Below, in pieces: positions 1 to 9,565 of a DNA stretch of 64,000 nucleotides. The notes under the pieces were generated by a model. The model had not been told where the DNA came from, made no database searches, and saw only the letters and a program-made list of their open reading frames with translations. Made by a program: the position numbers and the translations under genes. This stretch comes from Planctomycetota bacterium. GTDB lineage: Bacteria > Planctomycetota > OFTM77. The stretch is from assembly GCA_029260795.1 (NCBI GenBank), contig JAJDCO010000125.1, positions 39,866-103,865 of the forward strand, read 5' to 3'. The stretch's first letter is position 1. Each line of letters opens with the position of its first letter.

Positions 1-898
1 TCAGGAGGTCCTGGAGGACCTTGTTCGAATCTTCGACGATGAGGCCTTGGTGGATCTCACTGTATTGACGAGCCACGTCAAACAGCAGATTTCGCTCGCT
101 CTCTTGCTTCTCGTACTCCCAAGCTTGCTTGATGGCCACGGACGCCAGATTGGCCAGAAGCTTCAGCCGCTCCTGGTCGAACTCGCTGAATGCACCGACC
201 TCCCGCGACTCGAGCACGAGGACACCGATCAAGCTCTCTTGACGGTCGAGCATCGGAACGGTGATGTTCGATCGTACATCTCGCCACATCTGGAGGTAGT
301 ACTGCTCGTCATCGGAGAGAACATTCGGACACACGTAGGGCGACTTGGTCTCAGCTACATGCTTGGCGATGCTCGCCTCGCCTTCGAACAAGCTCAGCAC
401 ATGGTGCTGCCGATGACGAAACTCGTCGAGAAGATCCACTTCGGTCATGCTCTCGATTCGAAGTACATCGTTCTCGGAATCCCGAATCGCGACCAGACCG
501 TAGTCGGCGCGGACCCACTTTCGACTGACTTTGAGAACGTTGTCGAGAGTTCGTCGTAGCTTGTGCGATGAGTTGATCTCTTTGACGATGCTTCCGAGCT
601 CCGACACGAACTCCGTGTCGACGGGATTCGCTCGGTTCGGTTCCGGGAGCGGGGTGCCGTTGGACTCGGCGGACAGCCCGTTCGCATAGGCGCGTTGGAT
701 CGTGAGCAGCTGCTCGACCTGCCCCGAATCGAGCAACGTCAGCTCTTGTGCGATCTCACCGAAACGCCGCGATGCTCCCGCCCCGTTCTGTGCCTTCAGC
801 ACTCGCTTGATGGCCTCGGGCTTCAGATCGTAGCGGCAGAACGCGAGCTCACCGATTCGTGGAACGGCGGCGTGGGCAGCTTCACTTGCTTTGTGCAT
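1..898 (-). CDS. GAF-domain-like protein, partial (3' end runs off the left window edge). Absent from the ORF track because there is no in-window stop.
   Basis: Hand translation of the minus strand from ATG at 898 reads MHKASEAAHAAVPRIGELAFCRYDLKPEAIKRVLK...GLVAIRDSENDVLRIESM...VLVLESREVGAFSEFDQERLKLLANLASVAIKQA with no stop down to position 1. I checked the frame at 461-478 (SENDVL). The + ORF 47..559 is its shadow. Confidence 0.5.
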   Translation of the reverse strand, partial: MHKASEAAHAAVPRIGELAFCRYDLKPEAIKRVLKAQNGAGASRRFGEIAQELTLLDSGQVEQLLTIQRAYANGLSAESNGTPLPEPNRANPVDTEFVSELGSIVKEINSSHKLRRTLDNVLKVSRKWVRADYGLVAIRDSENDVLRIESMTEVDLLDEFRHRQHHVLSLFEGEASIAKHVAETKSPYVCPNVLSDDEQYYLQMWRDVRSNITVPMLDRQESLIGVLVLESREVGAFSEFDQERLKLLANLASVAIKQAWEYEKQESERNLLFDVARQYSEIHQGLIVEDSNKVLQDLL

Positions 899-2651
899 CG
901 CTCCCGTTCTTCACGAGGATGTCGAAGGAGCGCCGGGCCGTGTTGCCCGAAATGTCCCGGGCCATGACCGCAAGGCGATAACGCCCATCGGGATAACGAG
1001 GCGATCCATCAGGATGAAAACCGTCCGTGTCCCAGTAGGACTCGGCGCCAACGGCCCGGCCGGCCGGAGCATGCGTCAAGACGTACAGAAACCGACGCTT
1101 CGAGTAGTTTCCCTCGGTCTCCAAGACCTCGGATCCAACTTTGAGCCGCCGCTTGAAGACACCGTCGATTCCGGAATGACGATCAAACCCGCCTGGGAGC
1201 GTGTCGAAGCGACAAAACAAGATCGGCTCCGTCATGGGCCTTGGACTCGATCGAGTCAAGTGGAAGATCTGATAACTGATCTCGTAGACGCCCAGCTGAT
1301 AGGGAGCAAAGCCAAACGAATCCTCCGCCTCGAGAACGATGTCGACATCCCCCGACACGACCGGAATCCCGACCGAGCCGACCGGCGGGAAAGCCTCATC
1401 ACCCTCGTTCGCGCAGAGATACGCGCCGAGGATTCGAGGAGCTTCCTCGTCCCGAACCGGCAGCTTCACGAAGTGAAGCGGATTCAGGTAGTTTCCCCAA
1501 GGGTCGAGAACGTTCAAGTGCAAGTGGTCATATCGAGAGCCGTACGCGTGTACACGCCAGTGAATGACCTCTCCGAGCTGACTCCCAGCTGCGATCGGCT
1601 CTCCTTCTTCATGAGCTCGCCGGATCGCCTCCGGAACGGATTGCTCCGCGATGTGGTGGTACTCCCACAGGAAGCCGTCATCATCTTCGATCGCGACCTC
1701 GAAGTAGAGCGGCCGAGCTCCGTAGTAACACAGGGCGACCACGCGCCCTCCAGTGGCGGCATAGACCGGCGTCTCTGCGGGTGCTCGAACATCCACTCCC
1801 GGATGGAAATAAGGCCGCCCACCATAGTGCTGGAAGTTGTGAGCCAAATGCCCGAGCGACTGGTCCTCGACCTCTCCGCCTACAGGCCACAGATGACGGT
1901 TCGCCGGTTCGAAGACCATGAACTCGCGGGAATCCACCGTCATGTTGCCGTGTCGGTCTTGGGCGAGGACGGTGGCGACGTGCTTGCCAGGAGCTAGCTC
2001 TTCCACGGGTTCCCAGCTCAAGCCGACAGCGCCCGGCTCTCTCAGACGAACCGAATGGTCGACCATCAACATCCAATGCGAGGTCGCGCTCCGCTCCTCT
2101 CGTGAAGCCACGACGAGGTGGGGTCGAGAGCTCGGAACGAATCTTCGATCCACGAAGGGCTGAGACTCCAGCTCCCAGTCGAGTTGGGGCGGCGACAGAT
2201 CGACGCCTTCCAATGAATGAACGGGCTCGAAGCGTCTCGGAGATCCGCGCTCGCCCTCGACCAGAATCCGATTCCGGGAAGATTCTCCCGAAGGTCCCCA
2301 GAGATACTCGATCTCATGAACCCCCGCTGAAAGCTCGACCGGGAAGCGGACCTCTACCAAGTCGGTGTCCTGAGCGAACAACCGATCAGGGTGGCGAATC
2401 AGAGACCGCTGAAGCTCCAAGGTCGCGTCGTGGCCGTCGATCAGGCACTGGAGCTCCCTAGGATCGAACCGCCGGTCGAGTCCGGAGAGACGGAAGGTCA
2501 GCACCACCGGGTTCACTACCGGAAAGCCCTCGACGGGAAACATCACCTGAATCGGGGGCTCACCGGGCTCGTGTTCGGCATGGATCCCTTCCACCCCGCT
2601 GCAAAGCGCCAATACCCCGAGAAGACACAGCCAGCAAGATCGACCTGCCAT
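882..2651 (-). CDS. Secreted M23-family (LytM-like) metallopeptidase with extra N- and C-terminal domains
   Basis: Signal peptide MAGRSCWLCLLGVLALCSG from ATG 2651, with SD-like GAGAGG upstream. M23 motifs HPGVD...D and HLHL (HxH). The annotated ORF start at 2711 is probably too far upstream. Confidence 0.7.
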   Translation of the reverse strand: MAGRSCWLCLLGVLALCSGVEGIHAEHEPGEPPIQVMFPVEGFPVVNPVVLTFRLSGLDRRFDPRELQCLIDGHDATLELQRSLIRHPDRLFAQDTDLVEVRFPVELSAGVHEIEYLWGPSGESSRNRILVEGERGSPRRFEPVHSLEGVDLSPPQLDWELESQPFVDRRFVPSSRPHLVVASREERSATSHWMLMVDHSVRLREPGAVGLSWEPVEELAPGKHVATVLAQDRHGNMTVDSREFMVFEPANRHLWPVGGEVEDQSLGHLAHNFQHYGGRPYFHPGVDVRAPAETPVYAATGGRVVALCYYGARPLYFEVAIEDDDGFLWEYHHIAEQSVPEAIRRAHEEGEPIAAGSQLGEVIHWRVHAYGSRYDHLHLNVLDPWGNYLNPLHFVKLPVRDEEAPRILGAYLCANEGDEAFPPVGSVGIPVVSGDVDIVLEAEDSFGFAPYQLGVYEISYQIFHLTRSSPRPMTEPILFCRFDTLPGGFDRHSGIDGVFKRRLKVGSEVLETEGNYSKRRFLYVLTHAPAGRAVGAESYWDTDGFHPDGSPRYPDGRYRLAVMARDISGNTARRSFDILVKNGSDAQSK

Positions 2652-2904
2652 CGCTACCTCTCGAGAATGGGGTGAGTGCCAACGAACGAGGATTCGGCCG
2701 GGACCGGTCATCGCGTGAGAGCGACTCCCTGCGCCAGCAGGAGAACCCTAAAGGGAGACCTACTCGACAATAACATCCATACCACATCACCGGCTCGAAG
2801 CCAAATCCTCGGAAGAACTTCTGAGGCTCGACCTCCATCGAATCCGGCCCGATAGCCTGCCGTGCCCCTCCATCCACAGCCCGATCCTCGCCGATAGAGG
2901 AGTC

Positions 2905-4461
2905 ATGAGTACGCTCAGAACCTTGCGCTATGGCTTCATCTGCACGTCGGTGGCTGTGATCGCTCTCACGACGGCCGAGCTCACACTCCGTGCCTTCGAC
3001 TACGGCAGCCCGCGGGAGGTGTTTCGCCTGGAGCGAGACGCGGCCGGCCAGACATGGGCCAAGGCCAATCGAGAGGTCTTCGATCTCGAGCGGCTGACTG
3101 GTATCAGCTTGAACACCACCGCCTGCCGACTCCCCAAGCCCGACGAGACGTTTCGCGTCATCAGCCTGGGGGCCTCAACGACATATGGACGCCCCTACGA
3201 GCATCGGGGGAGCTTCTCGTTCTTTCTGGAGCGCTTGCTCGAAGAGCTTCCCGAAACCCTCGGAAACCGAGTTCCCGAGGTCTTGAATGCGGGTCTTCCC
3301 GCTGCTTCCAGCCGCGAGGTTCTCCGGATCGGTATCGCAGCCCTTGAGCTCGAACCCGATATATTGATCCTCTACGCGGGACACAACGACTTCGGGCATT
3401 ACAGCCGAACCGACGGCTTCACGACGGGACTTCAGCGCTTTCTTTCGGACCTGGAGCTGACCGAGCTACTTGGCCAGGTGATCCCTCGTGACATCGAGGT
3501 GGCTGGTCCCGACGCGCTCGAACGATTCGGTTCGGTCGACCCGAACGGTTCCGCGGCCCGCAGAGTCATCGAGAACTTCGAGCGGAACATCGAGGAGCTC
3601 GTGAAAACAGCTCGCTCGAAGGGCGTACCGGTCATCGTCATCGCGCCAGCCTCCAATCTCCGCAGCTGGCCGCCCAACCGGTCCGTCGGGGTTCGGGGAC
3701 TTCGTCCCATCCAGGCGACCCGTTTTGAGAATCACCGCACGTCGGCTCGGCTCGCCTTCGGCGAGAGGGACCTGCACCGAGTACTCCGTGAGCTCGACGC
3801 CGCCGCCGCGATTCAGCCCTTGGACGCGACGACCCAGTTCGAAAGAGGTCTGTGCCTCGAGGCCCTTCGACGCTTCGACGACGCCGCTCAGGCTTTCCGC
3901 AGCGCTCGCGATCTGGATGCTCTCCCGCTGCGTGCGACTCAAGCAATTCGCCGCTCCCTGCGCAACATCGCTCAGCGCTCCGATCTTCCGCTCCTCGATG
4001 CCGAGTCCGTCTTGATGGCGCGCACTCAACCACGAGTGCCGGGCGAAGACTTGTTCATCGACAACGTGCACCCCTACCTCGAAGGCCACGCCATCCTCGC
4101 GGAGGCGATTCATCGAGTACTGGTCGAAAACCGGTATTGGCGAGGTCCGCTACCTCCCGGTCGTCCGTTCGACGCCAGCCGCTGGCTCTCCCCGCAGGAA
4201 GAGGTTCAGGCCTTCTTGCTCACGGGCGAATACCTCTACCGGTTCGGCCGAGCCCAGGACGCAGAACGCATGTTCCGGCGAGCCCTCGAGCGCCAGCCGA
4301 CATTGGCTGAGAGTTGGATACGCTGGGCTCGCTTTCTCGCCCGCCTCGATCGCGTCGAGGAAGCGAATGCCGCCTTCGAGCGCGCCGGCCAGCTCGCGCC
4401 CGAGCGGGGCGAGGAGATCCAGACGTACCAGGGCCACCTTCTCGCTCCGAAAGACCGCTGA
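2905..4461 (+). CDS. Membrane-anchored SGNH/GDSL-family hydrolase or acyltransferase with C-terminal TPR region (paralog 1)
   Basis: N-terminal TM helix. Block I ISLGASTTYG, block III YAGHNDF, block V DNVHPYLEGH. TPR-like C-terminus. A clear paralog of 54880..56622. Confidence 0.6.
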   Translation: MSTLRTLRYGFICTSVAVIALTTAELTLRAFDYGSPREVFRLERDAAGQTWAKANREVFDLERLTGISLNTTACRLPKPDETFRVISLGASTTYGRPYEHRGSFSFFLERLLEELPETLGNRVPEVLNAGLPAASSREVLRIGIAALELEPDILILYAGHNDFGHYSRTDGFTTGLQRFLSDLELTELLGQVIPRDIEVAGPDALERFGSVDPNGSAARRVIENFERNIEELVKTARSKGVPVIVIAPASNLRSWPPNRSVGVRGLRPIQATRFENHRTSARLAFGERDLHRVLRELDAAAAIQPLDATTQFERGLCLEALRRFDDAAQAFRSARDLDALPLRATQAIRRSLRNIAQRSDLPLLDAESVLMARTQPRVPGEDLFIDNVHPYLEGHAILAEAIHRVLVENRYWRGPLPPGRPFDASRWLSPQEEVQAFLLTGEYLYRFGRAQDAERMFRRALERQPTLAESWIRWARFLARLDRVEEANAAFERAGQLAPERGEEIQTYQGHLLAPKDR

Positions 4462-4466
4462 CACGA

Positions 4467-5483
4467 TCAGGTCGATGGAGCGGCCTCGACGACACAGCAG
4501 CGGAACCCGACGTTGTCGATCCGGTCATCCGATCGGGTATAGAGGCGGGCGTCGCAGCTGAGAAACTCGTGTGTGTCCGCGTAGCATCCGCCACGAAGGA
4601 CCTTCGCTTCGTAGGGGATTTCGTAGTCCGAGGCCGTCCATTCCCAGACTCCACCGGCCATGTCTTGAACCCCGAATGGCGATGCGTTCTTGGGATGAGC
4701 ACCGACGTCGGCGAGCTCGTCGCTGTTGTAGTTCACGCGAGCGCGGTCGAATCGATGTCCCCACGGGTAGCGACGTCCGTCTTCCCCCCGTGCGGCCTTC
4801 TCCCACTGCTCTTCTGTGGGGATTCCCTTGCCGGCCCACTTCGCATAGGCGACGCAGTCGGTGTAAGAGACGCCCACGACCGGCTGGTGGAGGCGATTGT
4901 ATTGTGGATCTCGCCAGTAGAGTGGCTCCGCGTGCCCCGTCTCCTGAAGGAAGGCGGCATACTGCTCGTTGGTGACGGGATGTTGATCGATTCGAAACGG
5001 ACCGATGTACCGTTCCTTCTTCTTCGGACCAAAGAGAAAGATACCGCCTGGAATGTTAACCATGTCCACCAACCGAGGGTCTGTAGACCTCCCTCCGGCG
5101 GCACTCCCAGTCAGCAAGGTCCGGATCTCGGCCTCGATTGTCTCGAGCTCGCCGCGATCACTGAAGTAGTCGTTGATGTCTTCGAGACGATCGCTGACCT
5201 CTTCCCAATCGCTCTCACCCGTCAAGAACAGGTACCCGTCGAGCACCTGCTTGGCCTTCTTCATGAAGGTGTACTGAGCCTCTTCGTCCTCCTCCTCGAA
5301 GGCATGCTCGAAGAGCAAGATGCCGTAGAAGAATGACTCCTTGTCTTTCTCGAGCGGCCGACTGGAGTAGTACTCTTCGAACGAGACGAGGAGGTCGTCT
5401 GTGGAGTATTCGGGCTCCACCTTTCCACCCTCAATGTACTTCTGCCAGATCTGATTCTTGGCCTTGTCGATACTGACTGTCAT
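4467..5483 (-). CDS. FGE / SUMF1 family protein (formylglycine-generating enzyme-like, DUF323) with an unknown acidic N-terminal domain
   Basis: C-terminal half carries FGE hallmarks: GGIFLFGP, YAAFLQETGH, WEKAARGEDGRRYPWG, RVLRGGCY, GFRCC. The N-terminal ~130 aa (MTVSIDKAKNQIWQKYIEGGKVEPEYS...EEEDEEAQY) has no family I recognise. The gene is visibly less GC-rich than its neighbours. Confidence 0.7.
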   Translation of the reverse strand: MTVSIDKAKNQIWQKYIEGGKVEPEYSTDDLLVSFEEYYSSRPLEKDKESFFYGILLFEHAFEEEDEEAQYTFMKKAKQVLDGYLFLTGESDWEEVSDRLEDINDYFSDRGELETIEAEIRTLLTGSAAGGRSTDPRLVDMVNIPGGIFLFGPKKKERYIGPFRIDQHPVTNEQYAAFLQETGHAEPLYWRDPQYNRLHQPVVGVSYTDCVAYAKWAGKGIPTEEQWEKAARGEDGRRYPWGHRFDRARVNYNSDELADVGAHPKNASPFGVQDMAGGVWEWTASDYEIPYEAKVLRGGCYADTHEFLSCDARLYTRSDDRIDNVGFRCCVVEAAPST

Positions 5484-5588
5484 TCTTTGCCTCGACTCCT
5501 CGAGCCTCTCCAGCCAAGACTCAAACCCTTACATAACTTGCACTTAGGTGCCATTGCGCATCTAAGGCCAAGCCTGGATACTAGCGAA

Positions 5589-5618
5589 CGGGCCGGTCCG
5601 CGTCAACGGACCGGCCCG
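5589..5618 (-). terminator. Perfect 12-bp GC-rich hairpin (CGGGCCGGTCCG-cgtcaa-CGGACCGGCCCG) between the secreted-TPR gene and the FGE gene. Possibly a weak terminator or attenuator.
   Basis: Perfect inverted repeat read directly from the sequence. It lies ~50 nt downstream of the 5666 stop on the minus strand, with only a short T stretch after it. A GGTGCATC direct repeat sits next to it at 5617-5640. Confidence 0.3.
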
Positions 5619-5665
5619 GTGCATCCCCCGGTGCATCAATTGGAGGTCGAGAGTATCCGCCCCTC

Positions 5666-7930
5666 TCAGTCGATCCCGTAGCGCTTGACGAGTTCCTTGA
5701 AGCGAGCCTCACCGCGAATGCTGTCCAGGTCCGAGTCCCCCCGCAAGAGGTCTTCCCGGTCGAAGCCGACCTCAATCGCCCGGGCAAGCCACTCGAGGGC
5801 GACTTCCTTTTCGCCCGAGAGCGCGTATCCGCAGGCAACATTGTAGGTCGCCGCCTCCGGGGCGAAACCGAGCTCCGTCGCCCGAACGAAGTCTCCACGC
5901 GCGGCAGTGTACTCTCCGAGTGCGTGGCGACAGTAGCCACGTTGGAAGTAGATCGAGCCGTTGCTTGGGTCGGCCTCGAGGGCCTTCGAAAAGGCGGTCA
6001 CGGCTGGGGCATACTGCCCGGCGTCCTGCAACGCCTGACCTTGCGCGAACGAGTCCGTGGACCGCGGCCTATCCATGGCTGCGCTATGCTGCTGGCCGCC
6101 CATCGCCTGAGCAAGCAAGGCGTCACCGTAGCCTTGATCGATGGCCCAGTGCACTCCCGCCATTGCGGCCTCGATGACGGCGGCGAGACCGAATGGCCCA
6201 CAAGACTCGAACAGGAGACCGTCCTGATCCACGGTGTAGCTCATGGCCCATCCGGACAGATGCTCGGAGACGGACTCCGTGCTCGGAAGAAGCGCGGCAT
6301 CGAAGGGCGTCCGCTCGGGGTCGATGACGGCCGAGAGTGCCGGAGCTGCCGCGTTGTAGGCAAAGCTGAAGACATCCTTCAGGTTCACATAGAGCAACTC
6401 ACCGGGCTGACCGTGAAGCTGTGCGAGCGTCCGTTGAAAATCCTCGGATTGCGCGAGCGTCTCTGCCTCGGAATTCTGCCACTGGATGGCACGCTTCAAG
6501 ACCAAGACCTGCGAGGCAATCATCAGCCTGTCCCCCGTGAGAGCGAAGGCAGGTTGTAACGTGAAATCGGGTTGGCGGATGGTCGCGTAGTGGATCGTGC
6601 GCTCTTGATAGGTGGTCTGCTTGATCTCGACGCCGTCGATCATCGAGAGACCTTGTTCGATCGTCTTCTTCAGCCGCTCGGAATCACGGACGTCCAAAGA
6701 GAGAACGACATCGGGGATCAAGCCACCTTGCCGGGGCAGAGCTACATAGAGCTCGGCCATGGCACCGAGCGGCCTCAGAACGTCCTCTTGAGGATCGACC
6801 GGGAGCATGCGGAGCGCCGCCTGAAGCTCGCGACGGAACTGCTCGGCGTAACGACGCGGCATGTACTCCTGGCTGGCCCGCTCGGCGAGGCCCATGAGCT
6901 CGTCATAGATACTCGCCATGTCGTAGTGAGCCGTCGCGTAGAGGACCGTATTGGCCGGCACATGCCCGAGACGGTCCGAATCGATGCGGCCGGGCGCGAG
7001 CGCCTTGAGAAGACCCCGCTTTTCGCCAGGTGCATCAAGATAGACCGCCGTCCGACTCCCCGTACCCTGGCGGTTGACTGCCAGCGCCAACCCACGCACG
7101 TGATCGACTCCGAGATCGCTGAGCGCGCTCTGATACGTATCGGGAACGAGGCCACCGAGACGCGCTCGGAACGAGTCGACGTTCAAGAAGAGCCAGGTCA
7201 GCGATCCGTCGCCGAAGGCCTTGGCCTGCGCCTTCTGAAACGCCGGCAAATCCGCCAGTCGATCTCCCTCGGATCGGCCGTGACGAGCATCGAGAAAGTC
7301 GCTCAAGTAGGTTCGCCCCACACCCGCCACAAAGAGCTCACCATCGAAGCCGTAGCAAAGCTCCCCTTGAACCTCTTCATGTCCCAGGGTGGCGAGAGTG
7401 ACGTCATGGTGCGTGAACTCACCGCGCACGAGCTCCTGAGACCCCGGAATCTGATCGACGAGCTGTTGGAGGAGGCCCTGGAAGTTCCCGTGCTGATCGG
7501 AAGGCACTTCGATCGTGAGCAACACCGAAGGCGTCGGCGTGAACTGAACCGTCGTCAGACCGCCGATCGCAAGGTCGATTCGGCCGCCGAGCAGGGCTCG
7601 GAGGGTGGCGAGAGAAACCGGACTGTCGCCGGCCTGCGACTTGATCTCCTCGAGATGCTCGGTGAGCATCTCGACCGAGCCCGCGAAGAAGCTCGAGACC
7701 TCGTCTTCTTTCCAAATCGAGTGCAGCGCTAGCCCGTCGAAATGACGGCCGAGTTGCTCGATGCCGCTCACCGACGCGGCCAAATAGGTATCGGCCGAGA
7801 CCGACCGTTCGAAGCGGGTCTCGACAGGAGCCTCATCATTCGACTCAGCCATCGCCCAAGGGGCGATCAGAAGCCCCGCGCAGGCGAGGGCAAGCGGCCG
7901 GGTGGCTCGCTGCAGAACGGTGGGTCGCAT
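5666..7930 (-). CDS. Secreted protein of unknown function with C-terminal TPR repeats
   Basis: ATG at 7930 is preceded by GGAGGA and gives signal peptide MRPTVLQRATRPLALACAGLLIAPWAMA. The last ~150 aa are TPR-like (AQGQALQDAGQY...YFQRGYCRHALGEY...). The ORF track start at 8035 adds 35 unlikely residues. Confidence 0.5.
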   Translation of the reverse strand: MRPTVLQRATRPLALACAGLLIAPWAMAESNDEAPVETRFERSVSADTYLAASVSGIEQLGRHFDGLALHSIWKEDEVSSFFAGSVEMLTEHLEEIKSQAGDSPVSLATLRALLGGRIDLAIGGLTTVQFTPTPSVLLTIEVPSDQHGNFQGLLQQLVDQIPGSQELVRGEFTHHDVTLATLGHEEVQGELCYGFDGELFVAGVGRTYLSDFLDARHGRSEGDRLADLPAFQKAQAKAFGDGSLTWLFLNVDSFRARLGGLVPDTYQSALSDLGVDHVRGLALAVNRQGTGSRTAVYLDAPGEKRGLLKALAPGRIDSDRLGHVPANTVLYATAHYDMASIYDELMGLAERASQEYMPRRYAEQFRRELQAALRMLPVDPQEDVLRPLGAMAELYVALPRQGGLIPDVVLSLDVRDSERLKKTIEQGLSMIDGVEIKQTTYQERTIHYATIRQPDFTLQPAFALTGDRLMIASQVLVLKRAIQWQNSEAETLAQSEDFQRTLAQLHGQPGELLYVNLKDVFSFAYNAAAPALSAVIDPERTPFDAALLPSTESVSEHLSGWAMSYTVDQDGLLFESCGPFGLAAVIEAAMAGVHWAIDQGYGDALLAQAMGGQQHSAAMDRPRSTDSFAQGQALQDAGQYAPAVTAFSKALEADPSNGSIYFQRGYCRHALGEYTAARGDFVRATELGFAPEAATYNVACGYALSGEKEVALEWLARAIEVGFDREDLLRGDSDLDSIRGEARFKELVKRYGID

Positions 7931-8155
7931 GGTCGATCCTCCAACATGCTCGTGGGTATTTGGGGAGAAGCCTGGAACGTCCGTCCTTGGGAATTCCAGG
8001 CGACGGGTTTCTCGGGGGAACCGCCTTCGGACCAAGATGGGTCGCTCGTTACCGACTCCAGACGGAGTCGGAACGACGTACGAAGGGAATCGGTTCCCGC
8101 ATTCGCTCGGCCGATGAACACACCGCGGTATCCACCGGCTGGGGCGGGGGGCGAG

Positions 8156-9235
8156 CTAGGGCTGCACCGGCGTGCTCTGTCGAGCTGCCTGTCGGCCTTC
8201 GGCGAGGCGTTGCAAGGCCACCTGAAGCGCTGCGCGATCAGTCGAGATCTTTTGTTCGCGCGACATCTTGAAGATTTCGAGGAGCGCCGCGTGGATGTTA
8301 CGGATCCGCTTGAGGGCCACCTCTTCGCGGTAGCCTCCTTCGAGGAGCTCGACCGAAACGTTGATGATCCCGCCCGCGTTGATGACGTAGTCGGGCGCAT
8401 ACAAGACGCCCCCCTGCAGGAGTCGATCACCGTGCTCAGGTGCCAAGAGCTGGTTGTTGGCGGCGCCCGCCACGATGCGGCATTTCAGCCGAGGAATCGT
8501 CTCGTCATTGATCACGGCTCCCAGCGCACAGGGAGCGAAGATGTCGCAGTCGACATCGTAGATGGCGTCCGGCGCAACGGACTCGACTCCATACTGGGAC
8601 ACGACGTCCTCGACACGTTGCGTCCCGATGTCGGCGACGATGACCTCGGCACCGGCCTCCTGCAGGTACTCCAACAACCGGGTCCCGACATGGCCCAAGC
8701 CTTGAAGCGCGACCCGCCTTCCCTTGAGGTCCTCGTGACCTTCCGCATCCTGCATGCAAGCCTGGATGCCGAGGAAGACACCGTATGCCGTGTAGGGCGA
8801 AGGGTTTCCGCTGGAACCCTGCTCGCGATGCAGGCCGGTGACCCATTGCGTTTCTTGACGAACGATCGCGAGGTCGTGCTCGCTGATCCCTACGTCTTCA
8901 GCGGTGATGTACAAGCCGCCGAGGGTCTCGACGAATCGCCCCATGGCTCGCAACAACGGCTCGGTCTTGTCACTGTGCGGATCGCCGATGATGACCGACT
9001 TCCCCCCACCCAGGCCCGTGCGCGCAATCGCCGACTTGTAGGTCATGCCCTGGCTCAAGCGGAGCACGTCCCCCAACGCTTCTTGCTCGGAATCGTACGG
9101 CCACATTCTCATCCCGCCCAAGGCGGGACCGAGCGTCGTGTCATGGATCGCGATGAACGCGCGAAGGCCGCTCTCGTCATCGGTTGCCTGGACGACCTTC
9201 TCGTAGCCGTCGACCCGAACTTGTTCGATCTGCAT
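8156..9235 (-). CDS. ldh: Leucine dehydrogenase (Glu/Leu/Phe/Val dehydrogenase family)
   Basis: MQIEQVRVDGYEKVV start with strong SD GGAAGGAGA. Active-site motif LGGGKSVIIGDP. Rossmann motif GLGHVGTRL. Length 360 aa. Confidence 0.8.
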   Translation of the reverse strand: MQIEQVRVDGYEKVVQATDDESGLRAFIAIHDTTLGPALGGMRMWPYDSEQEALGDVLRLSQGMTYKSAIARTGLGGGKSVIIGDPHSDKTEPLLRAMGRFVETLGGLYITAEDVGISEHDLAIVRQETQWVTGLHREQGSSGNPSPYTAYGVFLGIQACMQDAEGHEDLKGRRVALQGLGHVGTRLLEYLQEAGAEVIVADIGTQRVEDVVSQYGVESVAPDAIYDVDCDIFAPCALGAVINDETIPRLKCRIVAGAANNQLLAPEHGDRLLQGGVLYAPDYVINAGGIINVSVELLEGGYREEVALKRIRNIHAALLEIFKMSREQKISTDRAALQVALQRLAEGRQAARQSTPVQP

Positions 9236-9565
9236 CGATTCTCCTTCCGAAACCGGGAGCGAGCGCTCGGAGAGATGGGTGAAGTCGAGCGGACAGGACG
9301 CCACATCCGGTCGCCGGGGGGAGGTACCCCGGATGTGGACGACACGGTCTCGGACTCGTCGTAGCGGGAAGTTGAAGGAAGCGCGGTCTTGGCTCCGCAG
9401 GCTTCCGAGGCGGACTCGCTCGGCGCCGCCGAGCTCTACTCACCTCGTCGGTCTTCTTTTCAGGGTGAGGGCGCCGATCTTAGCATGGCCCCTGAGAGGG
9501 CTCCACCCGAATTCTGGGCCACGCCGACGCTCGATCGCTTAGCCCTGAGAGGCTACAACTCCTTT

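Noticed and set aside
47-559. 170-aa + ORF at the window start
   Set aside because: Antisense to the GAF-domain gene. The minus-strand frame gives a clean, motif-bearing translation with no stops.
891-1997. 368-aa + ORF
   Set aside because: Shadow of the M23 peptidase gene (882..2651 -).
6572-7732. 386-aa + ORF
   Set aside because: Shadow of the secreted TPR protein gene on the minus strand. The composition is R/L/D-rich junk.
8042-8061. Small hairpin CCGACTCC-agac-GGAGTCGG downstream of ldh
   Set aside because: Short stem and no U-tract on either strand. It is likely incidental in GC-rich DNA.
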